Source: Camelus dromedarius (taxonomy: Eukaryota). From it: a stretch of DNA of 64,000 nt. The position numbers and the translations under genes are program-made. The DNA lies in assembly GCF_036321535.1 (NCBI RefSeq), contig NC_087436.1, positions 41,108,001-41,172,000 of the forward strand. The letters are read 5' to 3'. The notes below the pieces were generated by a model. That model was not told the origin of the DNA, searched no databases, and saw only the letters and a list, made by a program, of their open reading frames with translations. Positions 27,596 to 40,459 of this stretch are shown piece by piece; the stretch's first letter is position 1; each line of letters starts with the position of its first letter.

Positions 27596-28179
27596 GAGTT
27601 TCCCATAAGTATTTCTTGAGCTTCTACTATGTATATATCAGTGTGCTAGTTAAGGAAGAGGGTGTGAATAAACAAGAAGAGAAGGAGGAGGAAGGTGGGG
27701 GAGGAGAAGAAGGAGAAGGAGAAATTATAAAACAGCATGAATAATAGAGAATGAGAATTAAGTTCTTATTAGATGAAAAATGTTGGGTTTTTTTTAAGGT
27801 TTCATAATTTCCAGAAGCCAATTTTAATCTTAGAGGTGTCTACCACACTTTATCACAATAAATGTAAGAGATACATTATAAGAATTCCAACCATTCCATA
27901 TTGATTATAAAGGAGCCATCCACATAAAGTATGTCACACAACATAATTTCCTAACCTTAATGACAGAAATAGGTAAATATATATGACAAGTTGAAAAGAG
28001 TGAGAAACTTTACATATATGAAAATTTATTAGGTAAAAACTGTTCTAAAAAGATAATGTAAATGAAAATTGTATTATTGTAATTCTATATAAAACTCACT
28101 TAAAGTTCACTTTATTGTGAATAAGCGTAAGGTCAGACTAAATCTTAAATGAGAACTTTGCTTCAAAATTCAATGTTGT

Positions 28180-28326
28180 GGGGAGGGTATAGCTCAGTGG
28201 AAGAGTGCAAACTTAGCATGCACGAGGTTCTGGGGTCAATCCTCAGTACCTAAGTTAAAAAATAAATAAACGAATAAACCTAAATAACCCTCACCCCCGG
28301 GCAAGGAAAAAAACAAACAAACAAAC
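28180..28326 (+). mobile_element. tRNA-derived SINE, camelid Vic-1-like
   Basis: 'ggggagggtatagctcagtgg' (A box) ... 'ggggtcaatcctcagtacc' (degenerate B box); A-rich/(AAAC)n tail; degenerate TSD aaattcaatgtt (28166-28177) / aaactcaatggt (28327-28338). Confidence 0.85.
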
Positions 28327-28847
28327 AAACTCAATGGTAAGCTGACCAAACCTCTGTGTTTAGTTCACAGGGCTGTAAATGAATCTCACTGATAATGAAG
28401 ATCAATATATTTTACCCAGAATCCCAATATACAAAATTTTTCATGTAACTGCTTTGCTTTATATTTTTCCTTAATTAATAATCAGTATATATCTAAAAGG
28501 AGACATGCTTTTAGTGACGTTATTTGTACCTTCTAAGAGGGATCGCAACTATATTTGTTTCAAAACTCAAAAATGTATAAACACATAGGCGTTCATTAAT
28601 AGAAAAATAAAAGATGAAATCCATGAGTTGTCAGGCAACATTCTGTGTAGACAAAGAGTTTCTCTAAATAGTATGATTTATGAGATACAGGAAAAGCTTT
28701 CCCCAAAAGTACAAACTTTATCAACCAATTACAATGTAGGCAAATTCTAATCCAAGTTACACATGCATTTCTAAATTTCCTTTTAAAAAGCAAAGATGCT
28801 ATGTAAGCACAATTTCACAGAACTTTTTAAGTTATTCTACCTGTAGT

Positions 28848-29274
28848 TAAAGGCAAGCTGGTAAAATGTTTAAAAATCAGCTATTCAGGAAACAATAATA
28901 ACTCCAAATTCTGAATTGTAACATTTGTTAACTTCTGTAGTATAAATATCCTCACCATGATTGAGTCGAAGATATTAACATGACCTCAGTGAATGCATAG
29001 TTGAGAAAAAATGTGAAGCAGCACACCATTACATAGCAGTTCCACCCCAAAACTATATGTATAGATCCTCAAGAATATAGATGATAGTAAAATGTAGTAA
29101 AATAATTGTGAAGTGATGAATTTTGGGTATTTATTGTGCTTTTGATATAGTTAATTTAATTGTAACTTTATAATTTTTAACAATGGCTAACTCCAATAAT
29201 CATCCTTCAAAATTCCTAAAAATTTAGCAATCCACTTATTTTAGCAAGTATAGGCCAACTCTAGCTCACTACTG
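28848..29274 (-). mobile_element. MER63B-like hAT-Blackjack DNA transposon
   Basis: Collinear with the reverse complement of MER63 as recalled, across ~430 bp; terminus 'ctagctcactactg'; degenerate 8-bp TSD cctgtagt (28840-28847) / actatagt (29275-29282). Confidence 0.75.
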
Positions 29275-29557
29275 ACTATAGTACATTTTGAGATGTTCAT
29301 TTATAATAGGGGATAGAGGAGAACTTAAGGGGACAATGACACCAGGTCTGTGAAATCAGGAGAATGGAGCAAAAAGGGGGATTATTCTAGTGACAATATT
29401 AAGGTAAGCAGAAATGAGTTGTCTGTTTAAAATATTTCACAGAATTGCCTAATGTGGCATCTTGGATGGGCACTTTTTGTAGTGGTAATCTAAATAAACC
29501 ACTCTTCTATAAACTTGATTTTAGTATTTTAATCTGATGGAAGGAGTTTTCACATAT

Positions 29558-29945
29558 TGAGGTATGGGGAATTTATTATGGCTTCTACATGATTTAACTT
29601 GAACTTTGGGCTAACTAAACTAAAACAGCCTATTTGTGGCCTTTTAAACATGCTTTGATATCTGCTGTGGTTTCAAGGTCTCCCCTTGTAACTATGCAAA
29701 CATTTCTGACACCACCCAATCCTTGCTTAACAAGCACATTTACTTCTTGTCATCTCCAGCTTCTAAAAAAACAACTTACATAATTTTGTGGTTTTTGCCT
29801 TTATAAGTTACCCAACTTTGTAGTCTGGCAGAACAAAATACAGGTGTGTTTAGAACCTGTCACCCAGGCTATATTCCTCAGTTTAGCTCAAATAAAACTC
29901 TTTTCTATTCCTATTATAGATTGTTTATTGATTATTTCTGTAGAA
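29558..29945 (+). mobile_element. ERV1-like solo LTR
   Basis: TG start, TATA-like 'ctttataag' at ~29800, AATAAA at 29891, T-rich U5; candidate 4-bp TSD ATAT (29554-29557, 29946-29949). Confidence 0.6.
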
Positions 29946-30008
29946 ATATGAATAATTCCATGTCAACCATGCATTCGAAAAATCTTTTTTTTTGTGGAAT
30001 CACATTAA

Positions 30009-31720
30009 TTTTTTTAAACTTTTTTTTTATTGAGTAATAGTCATTTTACAATGTTGTGTCAAATTCCAGTGTAGAGCACAATTTTTCAGTTATACATGAA
30101 CATACTTATATTCATTGTCATATTCTTTTTCACCGTGAGCTACCACAAGATCTTGTATATATTTCCCTGTGCTATACAGTATAATCTTGTTTATCTATTC
30201 TACATTTTGAACTCCCAGTCTGTCCCTTCCCACCCCCCACCCCCTTGGCAATCACAAGTTTGTATTCTATGTCTATGAGTCTGTTTCTGTTCTGTATTCA
30301 TGGTTTTGTTTTTTTTTTTAAGATTCCACATATGAGCGATCTCATATGGTATTTTTCTTTCTCTTTCTGGCTTACTTCACTTAGAATGACATTCTCCAGG
30401 AACATCCATGTTGCTGCAAATGGCGTTATGTTGTCGGGTTTTATGGCTGAATAGTATTCCATCGTATAAATATACCACTTCTTCTTTATTCAGTCATATG
30501 TTGATGGACATTTAAGCTGTTTCCATGTCTTAGCTACTGTAATTAGTGCTGCTATGAACATTGGGGTGCAGGTGTCATTTTGAAGTAGGGTTCCTTCTGG
30601 GTATATGCCCAGGAGTGTGATTCCTGGGTCCTATGGTAAGTCTGTTCCTAGTCTTTTGAGGAATCCCCATAGTGTTTTCCACAGTGGCTGCACCAAACCG
30701 CATTCCCACCAGCAGTGTAGGAGGGTTCCCTTTTCTCCACAGCCTCTCCAGCATTTGTCATTTGTGGACTTTTGAATGATGGCCATTGAGACTGGTGTGA
30801 GGTGATACCTCATTGTAGTTTTGATTTGCATTTCTCTGATAATTAGTGATATTGAGCATTTTTTCATGTGTCTATTGATCATTTGTATTTCTTCCTTGGA
30901 GAATTGCTTGTTTAGGTCTTCTGCCCATTTTTGGATTGGGTTGTTTGTTTTTTTCTTATTAAGTTGTATGAGCTGCTTATATATTCTGGAGATCAAGCCT
31001 TTGTCAGTTTCATCTTTTGCAAAAATATTCTCCCATTCTGTAGGTTGTCGTTTTGTTTTATTTATGGTTTCCTTTGCTGTGCAAAAGCCTGTAAGTTTAA
31101 TTAGGTCCCATTTGTTTATTCTTGCTTTTATTTCTATTGCTTGGGTAGACTGCCCTAGGAGAATATTTTTGAGATGCATGTGAGATAATGTTTTGCCTAT
31201 GTTTTCTTCTAGGAGGTTTATTGTATCTTGTCTTATGTTTAAGTCTTTGATCCATTTTGAGTTGATTTTTGTGTATGGTGTAAGGGAGTGTTCTAGCTTC
31301 ACTGATTTACATGCTGCTGTCCAGTTTTCCCAACACCATTTGCTGAAGAGACTGTCTTTATTCCATTGTATGTTCTTGCCTCCTTTGTCGAAGATTAGTT
31401 GACCAAAGTTTGTGGGTTCATTTCTGGATTCTCTATTCTGTTCTATTTTTCTATATGTCTGTTTTTGTACCAATACCATGCTGTCTTGATTACTGTAGCA
31501 CTATAGCATTGTCTGAAGTCTGGGAGAGTTACTCCTCCAGTCTCTTCCTTTTTCTTCCATAATGCTTTGGCAATTCTAGGTCCTTTGTGGTTCCATATAA
31601 ATTTGATTATGATTTGTTCTAGTTCTGCGAAATATGTCCTAGGTAATTTGATAGGGATTGTAGATTGCCTTTGGGCAGGGTGACCACTTTAACAATACTG
31701 ATTCTTCCAATCCAGGAGCA
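30009..31720 (-). mobile_element. Young 5'-truncated LINE-1, copy A (ORF2 3' part + 3'UTR + poly-A)
   Basis: ORF 30631-31479 is L1 ORF2 C-terminus with the CCHC motif '[18 protein letters not shown]'; premature TAG at 30631-30633 and TGA at 30490-30492; G-rich 3'UTR; poly-T on the + strand. Confidence 0.97.
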
Positions 31721-31849
31721 TTTGAATTTAAAGGAAAAAGTATAGTTGGTCATATTGCTGAAATTGCCAGCTGCATTTTAGGAAATCTAATTTTCTAGAA
31801 TTCTCAGAAAGCTCCAGCTTCATACTTGCAAACATTTCTTAAACTACTT

Positions 31850-32060
31850 TTATTAACCAGGAGCTAGTCTAAATGCTAGGCATGTATCCCTTGTTTAATT
31901 CTCACAATAAAACATTACAACACTTTTTAATATTTTCATTTTAAAGATAGGGAAACTGAGTCATAAAGAAGTTAAGTAACTTTTCCAAAGCCATACAAGC
32001 AGTAAAGGAAGTAAGTGGACTTTAAACCTAAGTAGTGTGGCTCTTAAAACCTCTTTAGTC
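31850..32060 (-). mobile_element. MIR SINE
   Basis: 'cattttaaagatagggaaactgagtcataaagaagttaagtaacttttccaaagcc' is the antisense MIR core. Confidence 0.8.
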
Positions 32061-32094
32061 TTTAGGCAGAGTGTATTTTAATTTGTTTGTTTTG

Positions 32095-32255
32095 ACTAAT
32101 ATCAAGTAACTCAGCCTTAGATTGGATTTCTTCATCAGCGAAAAGAGGAAAATAAAAAGCTTCCTCATAGTATTTTTGAGATGATTAAATGAAATGATAC
32201 TCATAAATGTGTCTAGCTATACAGTATAATTGTAGTTGCAGCATTTATTATTAAT
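32095..32255 (+). mobile_element. MIR SINE fragment
   Basis: 'caagtaactcagcct...tttcttcatc...cttcctcatagtatttttgagatgattaaatga'. Confidence 0.65.
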
Positions 32256-32289
32256 GGTATTTGGAGCATGAAGTCTGTCTAAAGAAATA

Positions 32290-32650
32290 ATCTGAGATAT
32301 GAAGAAAGATTTATATATAATGAAATTGAAGACAGTTTTATTATTATAGTAAAAATGAGAAACAGTCTAAATATAATTTAAGAAAATGGTTATAAATAAA
32401 TTATGGTACATCCAGGGAACATTATGAAGTCAGTAGTATTATCTTTCAAAAATATTTAGTTATTTGGAAATGTTTATAATGTAAGAATAAATGAAAGAAA
32501 TAATGAAAATCACATGGAAGTACTTGTATATAAATGCACTCAAATATATGACTATTAGGAATTGCTCGATGTTACTACTGCTTAGTTCTGGCTCGTGGCA
32601 TTATGATTTATTTTCCTTTCACCTTTTGTAAAATCCAAATTCTCTACAAT
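32290..32650 (+). mobile_element. Ancient L1 3' end fragment (L1ME-like)
   Basis: 'aatggttataaataaattatggtacatcca', 'tgtttataatgtaagaataaatgaaag'. Confidence 0.55.
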
Positions 32651-33129
32651 AGATATCTATCAATTTTATGTAAATATAAGGCGTTAATTTAAAATTTTAT
32701 GTCTGCAAAAGATTAGAGGAAAAGTGACATTTTATATCCTGATAGAACTTTTAAAAATTTTATCATGATATGCTGTAATGAGAGTATTCATATTATAAAA
32801 AATTAGAACTACATTTTAAGTATATATTATTTATAAGTTCTTTTCAAAAGTATGCTCATCAAATTAATAGCAAAATTACTGCACTGCATAAAATTCCCTT
32901 TAGTAATTTTCATTAAGTGGACTTCTGGTTTATTTTCTGCCCTAAGCACTACTAGTTTTTTCTTTTTCTGAAAGAAACACTATGAGGCTTAATTATTAAT
33001 TGTGAAGTATTTGATCTCTCTCAAATGCATGTAAGATATTATTCAAAGAATTGTAATCAGCATGCAAATCCAAATAAAGTATTAACACAAGTAGAATACA
33101 TTAAATAATTACATCCTGGTCTCTATTAC

Positions 33130-33500
33130 ATGACAAAATGGTGAATTCTGGTATTTAGCAGCCCTTCCTCTATCCAAGCCTGTGAACTGCTTCCCCTGTC
33201 CCTTAGTGCTAGCTGTGGGCCCAGGAACCCAGATGGCCTCTCATCCACAAGTAGTGCAGAGTGTGCTTCTCCACAGGATGGTGGTGTCAGGGCTCTAAAG
33301 GGTGGAGATGAATGCTGCAAGGTTTTTTAAGGCCCAGCCTTAGAAATCAAATTGTATCACTGTACCAAAATGCAGTTAAAGGCCTTCCCAGATTCAAGGA
33401 GTCAAGAAATTGACTCAGACTCTTGAGTTGAGAAGTGGCAAAATCACATTGCTAAAGAGCGTGGGAGGAATCTCACGCAGCTGTCTGAGAAAGCATTCTC
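33130..33500 (-). mobile_element. Old MaLR LTR fragment
   Basis: 'aaggcccagccttagaaatc...tatcactgtacc...ccagattcaaggag...gagaagtggcaaaatcacattgc'. Confidence 0.55.
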
Positions 33501-34830
33501 ACCTAGTATCTACATTTCCCCAGCTGTCACCTTAGGCCTACCCAGGGAGAGGGCGGAGCACTACTGTTTCAAAGTGCACTTTGTCATGTCCCTTCACGTT
33601 GCCTGTCTCTTCTCTGCACCCACGATTCCCAGGGAGAAGTAAACTCCGGAAGCACAAAATAACATTCTTCATAATCCTTCATAAAGGAAGGATTCAGGCA
33701 TGATTTTCTCTGCCCATTTTTCCATGAAAAATTTTCAAAAAGTAGGTGGGTATTTTTTATCATGTGGGAGGCAAAGTACATAGGCATGGAAAATGTGAAA
33801 GTACAGCAGTGGGCATTTATTAAAAGACATATGTTCAACATTAATAAAATCACTATGAAAGTTAAAAAAGAAACATTAATGTCACTTTCCTTGCTTACAG
33901 GAAGGTTACTGTCAGTTTGATAATTCAAACATAACTAATACACATTGAAATTATAAAACAATATATTATATAATAGTTATTTATATAATTATGCATTAAT
34001 AAGACACAAAATACGCATACAATTTGTGGAATGTGTGGTTAGGGTGATCTTAATTACTGAGAATAAAGGTAATTTAGATTTGAGTAGCTTTTGAAGAACA
34101 GGAGGTGAATTTTAGAGATAATAGCTGGAGCTAAGTAAGATAGAGAAGGCTATTAAAAATCAAAGTATGTTTAAGTAGATATGTGGGTCTATATTTGGCA
34201 ATTTTGAACTGACACCTTAATAACAATTAACAAAATAGTCCCACTATGCATCTGGTTGGTTGTTCAATCCAGAAATGTAACAACTGTCTTTCACTGATGT
34301 CCTTCAGGCATATATTTAAGAGTAATGGCCAACACTTACTGAAAACTACATCCCCTACTTTTGAAATGATCAGTGTTCTTGTCTAATAATGGAAATAATA
34401 ATGTATTTGTTGTAAGCATTAAATAAATTATTAAAGGTAAGACCCTTAGAATATGATCTGTCATATAATAATATTGCAATAAATGTTAACTATTGTCACT
34501 ATTAATATTTACATCATCGTTATTACTCTATACCAAATTTATCCACTCTTCCCCACCTTTACGGTAACTACCTTATTCTAAAATGCCATCTCTTCTTGCC
34601 TGGCTGCCTATAATGGTCCCTTCTCTCAGCTTCCACTTTTGACTTTAAACATAGTTTTTCAAAAAGCAGTAAGATATATTTTCTATTAGCACAAAAAATC
34701 TTACCAGTTTTTTCCTGATAAAAAGTTTGTTTTTCATTTGTATCTTTATCTTAAATGTGATGTATCTTTTTGCTTTGGCTGCTTTTAAGATTCGCTACTT
34801 ACATATAGTTTTTTGCAGTTTGCCTATGCC

Positions 34831-35430
34831 TATGGCAGACAGACGCTAAGGTAACCCCAATGATTTCCAGTCTTCTAATGTTCACACCATTGTGTATTCT
34901 GTCCCCAACCCCCACTTCCCCTGTGTCTGGGCAGGATCTGTAACTTGCTTCTAACCAGAACAGTATGACAAATGTGATGAAATGGTAATATCCTAATGAG
35001 ATCTGATTAGGTTCCACTATATGGCAAAGGTAATGAGATACCATTCATACGACCCTGTTAGATTAGAAAAGACTTCACATTAGCTGATTAGGGCTAGAGC
35101 ATTTCCTTACAGGCTTGGTGTAGTAAGGATAAGTGGCCATGTTGAAAAAGTCCACGTGGTAAGAAACTCAAATGGTTTCTAGCCAATGGCAAAGAGCTGG
35201 GGACCATTCTTACAGCTACAATGGAATGAACTCCACCACCAACCTGAGCTTAGCAGCAGGTTCTTCTCTAGGCAAGCTTCTAGAAGACAGTAAAGCCTAG
35301 CTGTCACCTTGACTGCAGCCTTGTGAGACCCTTACCAGAGGACCACTTGGGCCTGGCCTGGGCTCCTGACCCAAAGAAACTGTGAGATAGTAAATGCGTG
35401 TTTTTCTAAGCCAATGAGGCTGCAGTGTTG
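34831..35430 (+). mobile_element. MaLR LTR (MLT1E-like)
   Basis: 'caggatctgtaacttgcttctaaccagaa', 'gactgcagccttgtgagaccct', 'cctgacccaaagaaactgtgagatagtaaatg'. Confidence 0.8.
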
Positions 35431-36123
35431 AATGTGTGAGTGCATATCCAGAGTACCCTTGAATTTAGTACTTTATTTTGAATATGATCTACCTTGCTGA
35501 TCCTTTAAGAGGAAAAAAAACCAAATTTGATCCTGTAATCTCTAAATATATTTGGAACTCGGATGTTATCTGTTTAATTTCCTCTTATTCCCATTTATTT
35601 TATTACATTCTGTGAATCCTCCTGAAGCTACATGACAGAAGCTACACTTCAATTGAAACACACATTTTTAGGTAGTTGTGTCACCCTTTCACTATACCGA
35701 GTATAATTAGTTATGTTGTGCAAATTGTTACTATTATGAGAAAAAAAAGCAGTAAGTGTAATTTTTTTTTCCTAGATCACATCCAAAAGCAAGTTAAGTT
35801 TCTCTCTATGGGCCCAAACATTTAACTCAATATTCATGTGAATAGCAGAAGGCACTATCATAATTGGGAAATTGAATACAAAACCTTCTAGAATAGAACA
35901 TACACAGAATAATGATACACATTTATATGGCTCCTTGACTCCCTGATTTGTAATAAATTTGCATTAGAGCCCTATTTAACTCTTTAACAAATTTCCAAAC
36001 TATTTTACAATTCCATCAAAAAGCCCATGACTAAGATAACTCAAATCTCTGAGAATCTGTTTTTAAAATGTTCAACAAGAGGAACAAATAAATAAATATG
36101 AAAATAAAATTCTGTTTCAGAAG

Positions 36124-36148
36124 TGTTGTTGTTGTTGTTGTTGTTGTT
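36124..36148. repeat. (GTT)n microsatellite
   Basis: Directly visible. Confidence 0.9.
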
Positions 36149-37375
36149 TTAACCTTGTGTTCACCCCTACATCAAGTTGTATTGAACATCTGTCAAATTT
36201 CTTGCCTTTCAGGAAATGATTGCTCAGTCATATTTTTGCAGGAAAAAAAAGTTACCTTAAAATAGAGTAACACTCCAAACTCTAGAAAGACAGTCTCATC
36301 ACTACAGTTCTTACAAATGTGCAGTTTATTACTTCAGAAAATGGTAACTGCGTCTGTTCATTTCTTCCATCTCCAGAAATAATCTCCTGTGAATGCTGCC
36401 CAGTATATCAATTTCCCCTCTACCACTCATGGTGTAATAAAGGAGGTATTGGAAATCCCACTTCTATTCATTTCTTTTTTTCCCCTGATTCCAAGGACAT
36501 AAGGAGACATCAAAAATAGTTCAGAGGTGAGCTTACTGCCATTATTTTCTGATATAAATAAAACTTTTTAAAAAGTAGCTGAAATTTTAAAATTTTATTT
36601 CATTTTCATACTCTATCCATTCCTGTATATTCTTGTATAAATATGGGATAAAACATGTATAACTATAGATCCTATAAAGACAATTCATATAGAGATTCAC
36701 AGCATTAGCAGAATTTTATCCCATTACATATAAAGTCAACTAAAAATTAGGGGGCACATCTGAAAGTTTACGAACACTCACATGGAATTAATATCCCAAT
36801 ATACAAACTTCTCACACTTCACTGCATATCAGTTCAAAATTCTTATAGGAAGAGAATGATCTTTCATATATGATTATTTCATAGAAATCTTAGATTTGAG
36901 ATAATTAATACACTCTCTTCTAAACTTACAGTGTTCACAGTAGATTTGGGGTATAATCAGTTTCACAGCTTTTTTTATTTGTTTTCTGCTTTTTCTATTT
37001 ACTGTTTTCTTGAGGAAGATTTGTGAGAAATAAAATATTTGGTCATAAAAATTAACATTCATATTTTCAATATACTAAATATATTTTCAGATATAAAATG
37101 TAAGCTTAATAAAAGAAATTCTTTACACTAATTATGTGAATTAATTATGAGTAACTGCTGTTAAGCAGAAAAGTTTAAAGGAACAAGTAATAAAATTTTT
37201 ATATTTATGCCAGTTTCCAGATCCAGTTGTACTAACTCTTATGTTTCAAACAAGTGACTCTAATAGTCTCAAAATTAGGATCTATGAATAAATAAGAATT
37301 CGTAAATCCTTTATGTAACTGATGCATGGATGAAATGAACAGTTTCAAACAAGTAGATATTCAAAATCTATTTTG

Positions 37376-37413
37376 AAAGTTATGAATGGGTAAAAGTTAT
37401 GAATGGGTAAAAG
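37376..37413. repeat. Perfect 17-bp tandem duplication (aaagttatgaatgggta x2)
   Basis: Directly visible. Confidence 0.95.
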
Positions 37414-37665
37414 CAGCCTGGGTGAAATAGAGTACCAAGTATTTGATTTTTTAATATGATGCTAGAATATACATTTTTCTTACAAACCATGTATGAGTTA
37501 AATTTGAAAGTCAGAAGTCATGTAATGCAAAAATTTATGTAATCTACCTATATACATTTTCCATGATATATAAGAAGAGATATGAATTTAAAATTAAATT
37601 ACATTTAATATCATTCAGCATGATTGAAGTATACAAAACAACTATAAAAAATATATTAACTGAAT

Positions 37666-38390
37666 AGGGCCTACTACTTAAATGTTCAACCAATAGTTAC
37701 ACAGGGCCTCTGGCTCTAGAAGGCCCCACTTTTGGGGTTTAATGTTCTGTGGCAGTCATCTTGAAATTCTTAATTTTATTTTTAAATTCCTAAGTGAAGT
37801 ATTTGGTAAGTGAGGATCCATGAGGCAACGAATCATGCACCAGGTGCCTGGGATCTCAGCTCATGTGCCATAGCTCATCCTGCCACTCTCCATTTCCCTA
37901 GAATGGATTCTTCACCACCTGCTCCCTGTCTCCTGATACTCCAGCTCCACCTGTCCTTTCTCACACCATCTCTCTCCCACAGTAGCTGCTGCTCTCCACT
38001 TGGAGTGGCAATTGGGTCCCATCAGCAGATGGGAAAAATCTTCATTTCGTCTTTGCTCTCCACCCCTAGTAGGGGCCTGAGCACAATAAGAGAAGGATTG
38101 GGGTCTCCCCATATCTTAAAGCTTCTAGTACAGGGCAAGGTGACAGCTATCCTCTCTCTGGGCTGCAAGCCCCATTGTGCGTTCAGCAGGCAACTCTGCA
38201 GGGGCCTCTTGCCCAGCACTGATCTAGGTACCAACCACATCCTGGTGTGGAGGGTGCAATCTCCTGTAGGTCACCCAGTGGATATGAGCTAGGGTGGCAG
38301 CCTGTGACAAGAAGATGCTGAATTCTCTGCCTCTTCCCAAGGCCACGCATTTTAATTTTTCACCGAACCCTGAAAATTATATGCAGTCAG
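37666..38390 (+). mobile_element. MER45-family hAT-Tip100 DNA transposon (MER45B/C-like)
   Basis: 5' part 'cacagggcctctggctctagaaggcccc...ggtttaatgttctgtggcagtcatcttgaaattcttaat' and 3' part 'ggccacgcattttaatttttcacc...aaaattatatgcag' match the MER45 ends as recalled. Confidence 0.75.
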
Positions 38391-39863
38391 ATATGACTAT
38401 GAGTATGTATAAATGCCATTAAGCATTTTGAATATATGAAAAGATTTTTCCCTACCAGTGTTTTTTGCTCAAATAGTTTTTCACTTACTTGATGATTATT
38501 TTTAAGGTTTTTCTGCTTGGCATGTAACCTTTTTATTTTGTGATAAAAATGCTTTCATATAAATTTCATCTTAACTACTTTTAGAATGAAATTTTGAAAT
38601 TGAAAACAAAGTGCGCACTTTCCTTACTATGTATAGGTGGAAATATGCAGTCATTTTATTGGTTATTGGGTTTTTCATACAAACAGATATCATATCACTT
38701 TTAAGAGAAATATACACAAGGAAGAAGCCACAGTACCAGTTGGGAAAGGGAGCCTCAGGGAATATAAACTTGTCCTCTCAAATAGACATACATGTAGTCT
38801 ATTAGTTAAGGCCACAATTCCAAACCACCTGAAGACAAAACATTATATCTTTGGTTCTTTTTTATACAAGAACTATGAACTAGCAAATTTAATAATAAGG
38901 TGATATAATGGACTTATGCATTATAGTTAATTGGTTACATAAAATCTTAAACTCTCAGTCTCTGTTTCCCTCACAATTCTCCCTCCCTCACCATCATGTA
39001 AATCATAAAATGATGCTTAACACAAAATGGAAGGGACAAAAAAATTAAAAAACAAACAAACAAAGGCACACAGAAGAGGAATCGAGGGAAGAATTTATGA
39101 AGATAAAGCAAAACTTTGGGGACCGGGGAGGGTAACCTGGCATAAAAAGTGTGTCCTATGCAAACTTAGTCTCCAATTAGAGCACAGATGACAATGTGGT
39201 TCTTTATCTTACCTTTTCTCTTATTGGACATCATACAACTCAAGGGTTCTTACAATCTAAGAGACTTAAATGCTTGAAAGGCAGTGTCTTCCCCTCATCA
39301 CCGAAACCAGATGTCTGTAAGGGCAGCTTTCACATTCACTTCCTGCAAACTCAAAGGATCCCAAGGAGGAACAAGCAATTTAGGCCTACAATGTGTCTGG
39401 GGAGGGAGGAAGCTATAAAGGATTAAGCTGTTGGATGAGAGGCTGATACATTCATGAAGTGGGGCTGGAAGAGGAGGACAGAAAAGCACTGATGTGGTGG
39501 GGTCCTTAGTGGTCCATGTAGATAGGTTCTCCCTATCTGTGAATCAACAAATGGCTCTCAGGATAGCCTCACCACTCAGAATGATAAAATGTTACCCACT
39601 ATGGTAGAATTGACATGTGAGGGAAAAAAATACAGAATGAACAAACAATCTGCTTATTTCAGGGTAGAACTAATTATTTTTGCTAGTGCAGTGAACTTGG
39701 GCAGGACTGAAAAAAAAAATTTGTAGACTTCCATGCTAATAGACCCACAAGGTTTCCAAATGAGGCCATAGGCAGATAAATCAGGAAAATGGGAAGCACT
39801 TATGCTTCAGTGGATTACTAATTAATCAATCTTCATTGGATTACTACAAATTTATCTCACCCT

Positions 39864-39890
39864 TCTCTCTCTCTCTCTCTCTACCTCTCT

Positions 39891-39928
<38 letters not shown>
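39864..39928. repeat. Compound (CT)n(CA)n microsatellite
   Basis: Directly visible. Confidence 0.95.
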
Positions 39929-39930
<2 letters not shown>

Positions 39931-40039
39931 CTCACCCTAATCACTTTCTCACTAACTTCTATTCAACCTAACAAGCTACAGTCAAGCCTTCATTTCATAT
40001 TAATTGTACTCAGTTTTTAACAGTACATCAAATACTTTA

Positions 40040-40350
40040 TTGACTATAGCTATTCTTAGGTTTGAATTTTTATTGTTTGATTCTGCCATTTTTCACCTTG
40101 GTAATCCCCACTGATCATTCAGGTCTTGAATAAAAGCCTCATTTTTTTCTAGCAACCATTACCTGTTGCCCCGCATATGGGTTATATATGCCCTTCACAT
40201 TCTGCTGTAATTGTTTAGTTATCTCTATGATCATCATGCACCAAACTATTAAATCCTCAGTTTCCTATCTTGTATCTTGTCCTCTTCACTGTTATATTTT
40301 CAGTCTACCAAAGAGTGCCTTGCCCAACTAAATGTGTTAAACATTATCTG
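40040..40350 (+). mobile_element. L2 3' fragment
   Basis: 'tatcttgtcctcttcactgttatattttcag...agagtgccttgccca'. Confidence 0.45.
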
Positions 40351-40459
40351 GCATAAGCTCTTTTGGATGTAACAATATTCTCATCAGAGCTCAAAAATGC
40401 CAAGTAAATCTATAATGACGTTTTGAAATACATGTCTTACTACATAACCTGCTAAAGCA

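Noticed and set aside
28180..28252. tRNA gene
   Set aside because: The B box and cloverleaf are degenerate, and an A-rich tail and TSDs follow, so it is a SINE.
30096..31402. Duplicated 60-120 aa hydrophobic ORFs (also 48997-50306 and 60316-61459 on the minus strand) as a small gene family
   Set aside because: They are antisense shadow frames of L1 and recur only because the L1 copies are similar.
31850..32255. Oppositely oriented MIR pair as a hairpin/miRNA precursor
   Set aside because: The copies look too diverged for a stable long stem by eye, and such pairs are common.
37810..38292. 160-aa ORF in a GC-richer island
   Set aside because: It lies inside a MER45-type non-autonomous transposon, has a non-ATG start, and shows no recognisable domain.
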